In this document: positions 30,088-39,039 of the stretch, in pieces | Numbering within the stretch: position 1 is the first letter of the stretch | Layout of the letters: each line of letters opens with the position of its first letter | Origin: Candidatus Latescibacterota bacterium | GTDB taxonomy: Bacteria > Latescibacterota > UBA2968 > GCA-2709665 | Assembly (NCBI GenBank): GCA_965205485.1 | Contig: OZ242180.1 | Location: forward strand, 3,936,001 to 4,000,000 | Direction of reading: 5' to 3' | Length of the DNA stretch: 64,000 nt | Position numbers and translations under genes: made by a program | Notes under the pieces: model-generated | What the model was told of the DNA's origin: nothing | Database searches by the model: none | What the model saw: the letters and a program-made list of their open reading frames with translations, nothing else

Positions 30088-30300
30088 ATGTCCGGGAGTC
30101 GGGAAGCCGGAAACGGGCAACGTGAGATCGGAAAGTGGATGGCGGTCGGTTCGGGCGTCGGCGCCGGAGCGGGTTCCGTCTTCGGGGTGGGGAGTGGCGA
30201 CTTCGGTCTGTGGGTGAGCGCCGGAGTGACGATTGGCGCGAGTCTGGGGCTTGCCGTGGGCGCCTGCATCCGACGGCTGAAGTTCAGGCGGAAGGATTGA
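30088..30300 (+). CDS. Small glycine-zipper membrane protein (hypothetical)
   Basis: GxxxG-rich hydrophobic helices followed by a basic tail RRLKFRRKD; RBS aaggaa. Confidence 0.45.
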   Translation: MSGSREAGNGQREIGKWMAVGSGVGAGAGSVFGVGSGDFGLWVSAGVTIGASLGLAVGACIRRLKFRRKD

Positions 30301-30375
30301 CACCGGTGTACCTGCCCTGATGCTCGTGAGTGGCATCGACCGCGATGTACCTGAGTACCTGCGAGACGTCAGGGT

Positions 30376-31239
30376 TCAGCAAATCGGAATGCCGGCGCGC
30401 TTCGAAATCTCCCGGACGTTCGCGGCGGCGAGCGGAATCTGATCCGGACCGAGATGTTCGATCAGCGCGTAACCCACGGGATGATGCGCGTGAAAGAGCC
30501 CGAGCGCGAGGCCCAGATTCAGTTCGCCGAGGCCCGGAACCGCCTCTTCCAGTTGGACTACCAGACGATTGCCGACGCTGATGTCCTTGACGTGACAGAC
30601 GGGCGCGAGCGGACCGATGGTATCGAAGATGTGATTCAGGCGTTCGGTGTCCGAGTAGACGTGATCGATGGATTCGAAGTGATTGACGTAGTCCATCACC
30701 AGCCTCACGTTGGCGCTGTCGACGGACTCGATGAGCCGGCGGCACGCCGCAGGCGTATTGAGTATTGAAACGACGTGAGTTTCCACGACGATAACGACGT
30801 TCTGCCCCGCGGTACGGTTTGCGATCTCCCGCAACGTTCGGTTCAGCAACGCGTGTGCTTCCGGCGTGTGGTTTTCGCGATGCGGCGTCCATGGGCCGGC
30901 GGGGTTGCGGCTGCCCGGCCGGATCAGGTAGCAGTCGGCGCCCAGGCGCGCGGCGATCCCGGCGCCCCTCACGACCTTCGACACGGCTCCGGACCGGACC
31001 TCCGGGTCCGGATCGAACAGGCAGTCGCCATAGGCGATGGCAAACTGCGACAGATCGATCTCATGGTCCGCGAACAGCTGTCGGCATCTGGCCACGTCTT
31101 CTTCCGAAATTGCGTTCAACAGTTCGCCCGGCAGGTGAAATCCCGCACCCGTGAATCCGAGATTCCGGATCGTTTCGAAGTGGACGTCCGTGAAGCTCCG
31201 GAGGTCTCCCGGAAGCATGCCGACAATGCCGAGTCTCAT
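30376..31239 (-). CDS. Sugar phosphate isomerase/epimerase TIM barrel
   Basis: VVETH, LVMDYVN, CHVKD, PGLGELN, LIEH. Confidence 0.85.
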   Translation of the reverse strand: MRLGIVGMLPGDLRSFTDVHFETIRNLGFTGAGFHLPGELLNAISEEDVARCRQLFADHEIDLSQFAIAYGDCLFDPDPEVRSGAVSKVVRGAGIAARLGADCYLIRPGSRNPAGPWTPHRENHTPEAHALLNRTLREIANRTAGQNVVIVVETHVVSILNTPAACRRLIESVDSANVRLVMDYVNHFESIDHVYSDTERLNHIFDTIGPLAPVCHVKDISVGNRLVVQLEEAVPGLGELNLGLALGLFHAHHPVGYALIEHLGPDQIPLAAANVREISKRAGIPIC

Positions 31240-31304
31240 TTGCGAAATCCACTGAATGGTAGAACCGTCAGCGATTCGCTGACGGACCGAAAGGAGGCGG
31301 ATCG

Positions 31305-31589
31305 ATGGCCGAATCCGTGGACGAATTGAGCATTAATTACGAGGAAGACGGCGTTCTGCTCTGCAGGCAACTGGACAAGCACGTGCTTTCGAGGGGAGCG
31401 TGGGCGACCGTAATGTTTCTGTACCAGGACCTGAACCGGCAATCGGGTGAATACGGGCCTGAAAAAGTGACGATTCGCCGATTCCAGAAGCGGGACGGAA
31501 CCTATATACCGCGGAGCAAGTTCAATATTTCAAGCCTGGACCAGGGACGGAAAATCGTATCGGCGCTTCGGGACTGGATTGAACAGTAG
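31305..31589 (+). CDS. Conserved hypothetical protein
   Basis: Strong RBS aaggagg, natural-looking 94-aa composition (VLSRGAWATVMFLYQ...SKFNISS). Confidence 0.7.
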   Translation: MAESVDELSINYEEDGVLLCRQLDKHVLSRGAWATVMFLYQDLNRQSGEYGPEKVTIRRFQKRDGTYIPRSKFNISSLDQGRKIVSALRDWIEQ

Positions 31590-31666
31590 CCGTTATACCT
31601 GCATTCTACAGCGTAAAGCCGGAGAAGGGGCGGTCAATGCGGTACCTGACGCCCGTTTTTGCATGT

Positions 31667-34369
31667 TCACATCGAAACGCCCAGCAGCCCTCGAGTGAAC
31701 TGAAAATCCGTGTTTTTCTGTCTCATCGCGACGGTCGTATAGTTACGAGACGCGGTTTCCAGGAGAAGCTCGGCGATCCGCCGGGCGTTTTTCTCAGGCG
31801 CGCCGGATAGCGAAAGGTCCAGGTCGTCCGCGTAGGCCTCGCACACCCACGGCTCCGTGCTGATCTGAAGCACGGGCAGCATCGGATGCCCCTGCATCGG
31901 ATGTTCGGCCACGTGCGCGATCAGGATCTGCGCGCCCGTGCCGCCAAGGCCGGTAAGCGTCTCGACCCAGTGGTCCGTCTGCGTTTCCATAATGTAGAAA
32001 CCCGGGCGCTTTGCCGTCTGGCCGTACCCGAGGGAGGGTCCCGGTGCTGCATTCGTCAGCAAGGTATCGGAAAACGGAGCCGAGGAGAGCAGCGCCGAGT
32101 TGTCCGGCGCCACGACCCTTGCGCCAGCGCCCACGAGCCGGCGGACGAGGATCGCAAACGACGCCGAGGCTGCGTCATTGACCCTGCCCCCGGTCAGGAT
32201 GCCGACCGACAGCGCCGCCGGATCGGACTCTCCGTAAACCGGCGGACGATCTCGTTTCATGCGTCCGGCGAACCAGGTTTCCACGTTGCGAAGCGCGCGT
32301 TCGAGCCCTCCATCGAGCTGGATGCTGCACCACCCGAAGCGGGCGGGGTCGATGCCTTCGCGTTCAAGTTGGTGCCTGAGATAGTCGTTGTGGGTTTTTT
32401 CACAACCGTGTTCCAGCAGCAGCGCGTGCCTTACCAGGGGGTGGGTGAGATAGCCGAGCATGGTTCGGGAATACATCTTCTCGGTCGCGTCGCCCGCCAC
32501 ACCGCAGCCCTCGGTATGTACGAGTGCGACGAACCGTGAGATACCCCGGCCTTTTCCGACCTCGTTCCGCTCCAGGCGTTCTGCGGCCATCCTTGCGATC
32601 TGGCCCGCGCAGAGGCTGGTCGGCAGGATCAGGCCGACCTGGTCCGTGGCGATGCCCGTCGCGGTCACGATGCCGCGGAATTCGCCTCGCAGCGCATCAT
32701 GTCTTGTGCACGTGTCCATGGGCTTCCCGGAGGGCAACGGGAGCGCCCGGAGACCTTCGACGTTGCCAGGGTCGGTCTGTCGCCAGTTCCGCCAGATGGA
32801 TATCTGGGAGTGTCCCGCCCGTTCGCCTTTGCTCCTTATGCCGGAAGCGACGTCAACCGTGAGATCCGTCATCCGCATCCCAAGCGTGTCCAGCGGAGTT
32901 CCGTCCAGATAGGCGCCCGCATTGACGTCCATTTCGTTCTCGAGGAGTTCGTACCGGCTCGTCGTCGTAATGACCTTCAGGGTGGGAACGAAGGGAAAAT
33001 TGGTGATGGAGCCGTTACCGGTTATGAAGAAAATCAGGTTACATCCCGACGCGACCTGTCCGGCAATGCTCTCAAGATCGTTCCCGGGACTGTCCATGAA
33101 GTAAAATCCGGGTTCGTGCATGGGTTCGCCGTACTCCAGGACCCCGTCGAGGCGAACCTGCGGATGGCGCTTCATGGCTGCGCCGATGGATTTCAGCACG
33201 ATGTTGTAGATGCCCCGGAACTTGTTGCCCCCTGAAGGATTGCCTTCGGCGGTCGCTCCATGACACGCCGCGAAATCCTTGTAGGCTTCCACGCGGTCCA
33301 GAAAGCGGCGGGCCGTATTGAGATCCTTGACGTTCTGCAAAACGTAGGGTTCCGCGCCAATCAGCTCGTCCGTTTCCGCCAGATTTGCCGAGCCGCCGTG
33401 CCGGATGATCTGACGCGCGACCCATGACGCCAGCGGGTTACCCGACACACCGGAAAAGGCGTCCGATCCCCCGCATTGCAGCGCGATCTTGAGACCGGAA
33501 ACGGAAGAATGTCTTCGGGCTGTCCGGTTGACTTCCGGCAGCCACCCCGCGACGACGTCCCGTGCCCGGTCGAGGTTATCTTCAAAACCGCCGCGCAGGG
33601 TTAGAAAGCGGTGGGGGACGTCGAAGAGGGGAGCGTTGTTTTCCGACATGTATGCGTGCAGCATGGCATTTGTCAGCGGCTCCGTACCGTAGTCGACCGC
33701 AAGGGCGGCGCCCACGTTGGGGTGTACCATAAAACCCGCAAGTGTTCTCAGAAGATGGTCAAGGTTGTTTGGCGTGGTCCGCCCGCCTCCTTCGGTGTGC
33801 GCGACGGCAACGATTCCGTCAATGTTTGGATAGGCGTCGGAAGCACCGTCCAATTGTCGTTCCAATCGCTTTACGAAGCTTCCCGTACGGGACGTGGTGC
33901 CCAGGATCAGGACATAGTTCCGGGTACCAACCCCCCTCGCGGCGCACCGGGCGTATCCTTCGAAGGTACGGATTCCCTTGACCGGAGGGACCTGATCGCC
34001 GGGGCGGAACGAATCCTCATTCAAACGGTAGGGCTGGATGTGGTCTCTGAAATTGGGTTCGACCGGCAGTTGAAAGTCCAGGTTGCGGAGGCTGAGCGCT
34101 TCCAGCATGCCGGCATTACAGACATAGTCGCCCGGGGAAATGTCCCTCGATGCGACGCCGAACGGAAGATTCCAGGAAAGGAGGGACTCGCCGGCGTGAA
34201 TGGGCGCCACGGCAAACCGGTGGCCCTCGAGTATGGCCGTATCCAGGCGAAGAACAGGGCCGTGGGTGCGGAAACGGACGCCCGCCTCCAGATTCCGCGT
34301 CGCGATGGCGACGTTGTCACCGGGTTGCGGCAGTCTGGCGACGTCCTCAAAGTCGAATATTTCCGACAT
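31667..34369 (-). CDS. UxaA/GarD-family (altronate/galactarate) dehydratase, long internally duplicated form
   Basis: N-terminal SAF (DNVAIA), GVGTRNY, LQCGGSDAFSG, GNPSGGN, FITGNGS; second HTEGCG...HGCEK block; RBS aaggag before ATG 34369. Confidence 0.85.
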   Translation of the reverse strand: MSEIFDFEDVARLPQPGDNVAIATRNLEAGVRFRTHGPVLRLDTAILEGHRFAVAPIHAGESLLSWNLPFGVASRDISPGDYVCNAGMLEALSLRNLDFQLPVEPNFRDHIQPYRLNEDSFRPGDQVPPVKGIRTFEGYARCAARGVGTRNYVLILGTTSRTGSFVKRLERQLDGASDAYPNIDGIVAVAHTEGGGRTTPNNLDHLLRTLAGFMVHPNVGAALAVDYGTEPLTNAMLHAYMSENNAPLFDVPHRFLTLRGGFEDNLDRARDVVAGWLPEVNRTARRHSSVSGLKIALQCGGSDAFSGVSGNPLASWVARQIIRHGGSANLAETDELIGAEPYVLQNVKDLNTARRFLDRVEAYKDFAACHGATAEGNPSGGNKFRGIYNIVLKSIGAAMKRHPQVRLDGVLEYGEPMHEPGFYFMDSPGNDLESIAGQVASGCNLIFFITGNGSITNFPFVPTLKVITTTSRYELLENEMDVNAGAYLDGTPLDTLGMRMTDLTVDVASGIRSKGERAGHSQISIWRNWRQTDPGNVEGLRALPLPSGKPMDTCTRHDALRGEFRGIVTATGIATDQVGLILPTSLCAGQIARMAAERLERNEVGKGRGISRFVALVHTEGCGVAGDATEKMYSRTMLGYLTHPLVRHALLLEHGCEKTHNDYLRHQLEREGIDPARFGWCSIQLDGGLERALRNVETWFAGRMKRDRPPVYGESDPAALSVGILTGGRVNDAASASFAILVRRLVGAGARVVAPDNSALLSSAPFSDTLLTNAAPGPSLGYGQTAKRPGFYIMETQTDHWVETLTGLGGTGAQILIAHVAEHPMQGHPMLPVLQISTEPWVCEAYADDLDLSLSGAPEKNARRIAELLLETASRNYTTVAMRQKNTDFQFTRGLLGVSM

Positions 34370-34494
34370 TGACAGACTCCTTGAAGTGTATCTCGCCTCG
34401 CTTTCATGGCGGCACGGTTCCGGGAGGTATACGAAATTGGTGACCAAAAGTCAAGCAGCGACGCCGTCGACGCCGGATTGTCGGCAAATTTCGC

Positions 34495-34553
34495 TTGACA
34501 TGGCGCCTGCTTGTTGATTAAATTTATAACGTATGTTTTATTTGTAAAACATA
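34495..34553 (+). promoter_or_regulatory. Promoter plus palindromic operator of Feo operon 1
   Basis: TTGACA 34495-34500, -10-like TTAAAT/TAAATT at 17-18 bp spacing, then perfect inverted repeat TATGTTTTA-TTTG-TAAAACATA (34532-34553). Confidence 0.7.
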
Positions 34554-34567
34554 TGACTGGTTCAGAA

Positions 34568-34786
34568 GCCTGAGAAGTTGTTTTAAATTACCGGTGGGTT
34601 CCCGAGCACGAGCGAAAAAGTGCCGGTTATGAGGCGCGAGGGGCGCGCAGCGCCGACGGGAAAATCCGGCTATGAGAGGCGAGCAAGCGCAGCCTCGATC
34701 TCTTAAGACGGGTGGATTTAACCAACGCCGACCGGCGCTTTTGCAGCCGTGCGAAGACCGCTGGGAATTTTAAGACAGCTTCTGAA
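34568..34786. mobile_element. MITE-like non-autonomous element, full copy
   Basis: ~23-bp terminal inverted repeats (TGAGAAGTTGTTTTAAATTACC / GGGAATTTTAAGACAGCTTCTGA), inner inverted repeat, no ORF; second copy at 51531. Confidence 0.75.
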
Positions 34787-34802
34787 GGTGGAAGGGGGAC
34801 CC

Positions 34803-35333
34803 GTGGCATCTTCCGATGTGTGGAAAACATTCGAAGAAAATGAGATCACGCACAGCGTCGCACATCACCTTCTCGCCATAAGAGAGCTCAAGGACCAGTA
34901 CGGATACGCCCGCGTGTCGGATGTCGCAAGATATCTGGACATTACGAGGGGCAGCGCGTCGCTGACATTAAAGGCGCTCCGACAGAAACAGTTCGTTCTG
35001 GAAGATCAGAACAAGTTCCTGCGGCTTTCCGAACGAGGTGCGCGATTAGTGGATCTGGTACTCGCCAAGCGCGCCATCGTTCGCAAATTCCTTAAGGACG
35101 TGCTGCACGTGGAAGGCCACCAGTCGGAAGTGGACGCGTGCAAGGTGGAACACCTGTTGAGCGAGGAAACCGGCGAGAAGCTGTTGAATTTCGTGAGATT
35201 CCTGCTGGCCGATACGCCGGTGGCAAGGGAGTTTCTGAACGCGTTCTGGCAGACCGGCGACTTCTGTCACGACGAGACCGATTGTCCGATCTGCGAAGAC
35301 GAGTGTCTTCTCAGAATCGGTGCCGGAGGTTAG
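34803..35333 (+). CDS. DtxR/MntR-family metal-dependent repressor with C-terminal Cys4 tail
   Basis: ARVSDVARYLDITRGSAS HTH, DACKVEH metal site, tail CHDETDCPICEDEC; GTG start 34803 (the longer track start lies inside the MITE). Confidence 0.88.
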   Translation: MASSDVWKTFEENEITHSVAHHLLAIRELKDQYGYARVSDVARYLDITRGSASLTLKALRQKQFVLEDQNKFLRLSERGARLVDLVLAKRAIVRKFLKDVLHVEGHQSEVDACKVEHLLSEETGEKLLNFVRFLLADTPVAREFLNAFWQTGDFCHDETDCPICEDECLLRIGAGG

Positions 35334-35360
35334 TCTCGCGGCGAAAAAAAGGATGGCAAA

Positions 35361-35663
35361 ATGGTGGCGCGCCTCATGCAACTGGCCGCTCGTGGCGTTT
35401 GGCTTTCAAATGAACGGAAGAACCGGACCAGGAAGATGTTCCGGGGATCGCTGGCCGGACTCGATGTGGGTGACGAAGGAACGGTGGAATCGGTGCAGGG
35501 GAATTCCCCCCTGGCCTCCCGGCTGCGGGAATTGGGAGTTGGTCCGGGTGTCAGGGTTCGATTGCTGCGCGCAGGTGGACGTTTGGTCGTGCAGGTTGAA
35601 GATGCCCGGTTCTGTTTGAGGATGCACGATGCGGTTGCCGTTAGGCTGAGTCCGATCACCTGA
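35361..35663 (+). CDS. feoA: FeoA protein
   Basis: L..L..G..GTV...RLRELGVGPGVRV...FCLR...A..V; directly before feoB; start could be 35436. Confidence 0.85.
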   Translation: MVARLMQLAARGVWLSNERKNRTRKMFRGSLAGLDVGDEGTVESVQGNSPLASRLRELGVGPGVRVRLLRAGGRLVVQVEDARFCLRMHDAVAVRLSPIT

Positions 35664-35673
35664 GGTTCAACGC

Positions 35674-37908
35674 ATGGCCACGGAGTTGTCCGATGGACCG
35701 CGCACCGGCGTAGATCAGCGCTTTACAATCGCTCTGGTGGGTAATCCAAATACCGGTAAGACCACGCTTTTTAACGGTCTTACCGGTCTTTTTCAGCATG
35801 TCGGGAATTACCCCGGCGTGACCGTTGAGCGAAAAGTGGGGCGGCTGAGTTTGTCCGAAGACACGATCGCGGAGCTCGTCGACCTGCCGGGTACCTACAG
35901 TCTTGCCGCCCATGCCCCGGATGAGATGATCGTCGCCGACGTATTGCTCGGACGGCTGCCCCGCGAACGGGGAATAGACGCGGTACTGGCAATTGTCGAC
36001 GCATCGAATCTATACAGGAACCTTTACCTGGTTTCACAGGTGCTCGAACTCGGCCTGCCGGCAGTGGTTGCGCTGAATATGTCGGACGTGGCGGATGCAC
36101 GGGGCATACGCATCGATATTGAAACGCTCTCACGTTATCTGAGGGTTCCTGTGGTCAGGGTCTGTGCGAATCGACGACAGGGACTGGGAGACCTGCGCCG
36201 GGAATTGAGACGCCTGCCGCATGACGGGCGGCATCAGGGCTTATCGCTGCTGCCGGGATTTCCCGACGGATTTCCCGCTGCAGTCGATGCGGTCGCGTCG
36301 GAGTTGCAGTCGCAAAATGCGAGAAACGCGTCCGTGCGACGCGCAGAGGCGTTGAGGGCGATCGTCGACGAAGGAGGTTACGCGGAACGCCGGCTGATTG
36401 AGGCACGCGGTGACGATCTCCGGATGAAACTCGCGGATGCCAGGGGCAGGTTTTCCGCGGCATCAGGTTTGTCCGCTCTTGAATCGGAGGTGAGGTACAA
36501 CTGGATAAGGCGGGTGCTTGCGCAAAGTGTATCTCAACCTGAGGACCTGCAGAAAACGCATTCGGACCGCATCGACGGAGTAATTACGCACAGGATCTGG
36601 GGTACGCTCCTGTTCGTCGCTATAATGGGCGTGGTCTTCCAGGCCATCTATGCCTGGGCCGGCCCGCTGATGGATTGGGTTGATGATCTGTTCGCCGTGC
36701 TGTCCGGCTGGGTGGGCGGCTGGTTTCCGGAAGGGGCGCTGAAAAGCCTGGTTCAGGACGGCGTTATAGCGGGCGTGGGCGGTGTTGTCATTTTCTTGCC
36801 TCAGATCGCTATTCTCTTTTTCTTCATCGCTGTTCTGGAAGACTGCGGCTATATGGCCCGTGCGGCCCTGCTGATGGACAGGATCCTCACAAAGTGCGGT
36901 CTTTCCGGGCAGTCGTTTATCCCGATGTTGTCAAGCTTCGCGTGCGCGGTGCCTGGAATCATGGCGACACGGACCATTGAAGGCCGGCGGAACCGGCTGG
37001 TCACCATTATGGTGGCGCCGCTGATGAGTTGTTCTGCCCGATTGCCGGTCTACACCATCCTGATCGCCGCGTTTATCCCGGCGAGACCCATACTGGGGGA
37101 GTGGATTGGTCTGCAGGGGCTGACCCTTTTTGCGATGTACTGCGTGGGCGCGGCAGTTGCGGTTCCCGTGGCCTGGGTACTCAGGAAGACCCTGTTGAAG
37201 GGGGAAACAACCCCTTTCATTCTGGAGCTCCCATCGTATAAGGTACCGGACAAACGGACGGTCGGACTGAGGGTATATCAGAGTTCCAGGGCGTTTCTGG
37301 CGCGTGCGGGAAGTATCATCCTGGCTGCAACGATCGCGATGTGGGCGCTTGCTTACTTTCCCAGATCGGAAGAGACCCTTTCGGAATACGAACGCCATCG
37401 GCGAACGGCCGAAGCATCGCAGTCGGGCGTGGCGTTGCAGGAGACGCTGGAGGACCTTAACGCGCGGATGGCGGCGGAACTCCTCAATGAGAGTTTTCTG
37501 GGCCGGGCAGGACACTGGATAGAACCTGCGGTCAGACCGCTGGGCTGGGACTGGCGTATCGGAATGGCCACGCTCGCGTCCTTTCCCGCAAGGGAGGTGA
37601 TCATCGCGACACTTGGCACAATCTACAGCCTGGGCGGCGATACGGACGAGTCGTCGGACGACCTGCGCAGCGCGCTTCGCAACGCGACATGGGATGATGG
37701 ACGCTCCGTTTTCAATATCCCCGTCGCACTCTCGGTAATGGTCTTTTTCGCGCTGTGCGCGCAATGTGCATCGACGCTGGCCGTCATTCGCCGGGAGACG
37801 CAGTCCTGGAGATGGACGATTTTTACGTTTGTCTATATGACGCTATTGGCGTACGTCGCCGCGCTGGCGACCTATCAGGGCACGATGGCTCTGGGATGGG
37901 GGGGTTAG
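35674..37908 (+). CDS. feoB: Ferrous iron transporter FeoB (full length)
   Basis: G1 GNPNTGKT, VGNYPGVTVE, DLPG, NMSD; gate motifs LEDCGYMAR, FACAVP, MSCSARLPVY, CAQCASTL. Confidence 0.96.
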   Translation: MATELSDGPRTGVDQRFTIALVGNPNTGKTTLFNGLTGLFQHVGNYPGVTVERKVGRLSLSEDTIAELVDLPGTYSLAAHAPDEMIVADVLLGRLPRERGIDAVLAIVDASNLYRNLYLVSQVLELGLPAVVALNMSDVADARGIRIDIETLSRYLRVPVVRVCANRRQGLGDLRRELRRLPHDGRHQGLSLLPGFPDGFPAAVDAVASELQSQNARNASVRRAEALRAIVDEGGYAERRLIEARGDDLRMKLADARGRFSAASGLSALESEVRYNWIRRVLAQSVSQPEDLQKTHSDRIDGVITHRIWGTLLFVAIMGVVFQAIYAWAGPLMDWVDDLFAVLSGWVGGWFPEGALKSLVQDGVIAGVGGVVIFLPQIAILFFFIAVLEDCGYMARAALLMDRILTKCGLSGQSFIPMLSSFACAVPGIMATRTIEGRRNRLVTIMVAPLMSCSARLPVYTILIAAFIPARPILGEWIGLQGLTLFAMYCVGAAVAVPVAWVLRKTLLKGETTPFILELPSYKVPDKRTVGLRVYQSSRAFLARAGSIILAATIAMWALAYFPRSEETLSEYERHRRTAEASQSGVALQETLEDLNARMAAELLNESFLGRAGHWIEPAVRPLGWDWRIGMATLASFPAREVIIATLGTIYSLGGDTDESSDDLRSALRNATWDDGRSVFNIPVALSVMVFFALCAQCASTLAVIRRETQSWRWTIFTFVYMTLLAYVAALATYQGTMALGWGG

Positions 37909-37909
37909 C

Positions 37910-38089
37910 GTGGATTGGCAGTCGGTAGTGGCGGTCGGCGTCGCGATCGCCTGTGGCATCTGGGCGGCATGGAAGTTCGTCCGTCCGTTCCTGACGGAAT
38001 CCGTCGGTTGCGCCTCGTGCGGAGGCGGACGCCGCCGTGATGCTTCGCAAAAATCACTCCTCGACATCGAAAAGCCGCCTTCGGCATGA
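37910..38089 (+). CDS. FeoB-associated Cys-rich small membrane protein (59 aa, absent from ORF track)
   Basis: GTG 1 nt after the feoB stop; MDWQSVVAVGVAIACGIWAAWKFVRPFLTESVGCASCGGG...; one TM helix then CxxC. Confidence 0.8.
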   Translation: MDWQSVVAVGVAIACGIWAAWKFVRPFLTESVGCASCGGGRRRDASQKSLLDIEKPPSA

Positions 38090-38305
38090 ACGTGGCTGCA
38101 TTTCGATCGAATTGACAACCCGCTGACCCGGAATCAACAGGGGCGCGGGTTTTTCTGTAGGCGGACGAGAAAATGCTTGCGCTCTCGTTGGAAATACCTT
38201 AATCTCATTTGCCGCTCAGGATCCGGTTCCCGTGTTGCCGGACGGTTTCGTATGCCCTTTTCGGGAAGGAATCGCGCGCTCGTCATAAAAAAGGGGGAGT
38301 ACATA

Positions 38306-38872
38306 GTGCGTTTTGTTCTTACGACTTCGATCGGCATCATCATCGGCATCTCTTTGTCCCATGCGCCTTCGGTCGATGCCAAAACGAAAAAGCTGGATGA
38401 CAAATCCCTCGCGATGGCCAAGCAGCTTGCCAAAGACCGGGAAGCGGCATTCTCCGGCGAAAGAGCCATGCCGCTGAACGAATTCCACCAGGGGTGGAAA
38501 CTGCTTGCGGCGCGCCTTGACGAATTGTATGCCGGCCACAAGGTGCGGGTCAACAAGGTAGGCGCTCACGTCCGGTTCAGGATGGGTTTCAGCCACCTGG
38601 CCTATATGGGCTTGAAGGTACACACCCGCGTCACGCCGCTGAGCCCTTCGCCGGGCGAACTGGTGGCAGGTTATCCCTTTCTTCAGGAATTGGTATTGGA
38701 CGGCAGTTTCTATCCGGACGGACAGAGATTTCCCCTGAAGATGAAGGAACTGCTTCAGGTTGAGCCGCAGATGGTTGCGGCGCTTCGTGAGTCCATCGAC
38801 GGTTGGGAAGAAAAATACCGGGAGCGGTTTGTAAAGGATTATCCCGTTAAATCGGCGAAAAAGATGGAGTGA
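38306..38872 (+). CDS. Exported hypothetical protein
   Basis: GTG start with RBS gggggag, signal peptide ending ...SVDA; own promoter-like TTGCGC-N17-TAATCT upstream and a terminator downstream. Confidence 0.65.
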   Translation: MRFVLTTSIGIIIGISLSHAPSVDAKTKKLDDKSLAMAKQLAKDREAAFSGERAMPLNEFHQGWKLLAARLDELYAGHKVRVNKVGAHVRFRMGFSHLAYMGLKVHTRVTPLSPSPGELVAGYPFLQELVLDGSFYPDGQRFPLKMKELLQVEPQMVAALRESIDGWEEKYRERFVKDYPVKSAKKME

Positions 38873-38903
38873 ATCTGAGACCCCATTTCGGATTAATCTA
38901 TTT

Positions 38904-38938
38904 AAAGAGGCGACACCGTTTTCGGCGTCGCCTCTTTT
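38904..38938 (+). terminator. Intrinsic terminator
   Basis: AAAGAGGCGACACCG-TTTT-CGGCGTCGCCTCTTTT. Confidence 0.75.
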
Positions 38939-39039
38939 GTCGTACTGATCGTACAGTCGGGACGGCATGGCGTTCGTTGCGCGCCTCTATCCGGATGCGG
39001 GCGCCGGCGCAATCCCGGTCTGCGGAACGGGAAGGACGT

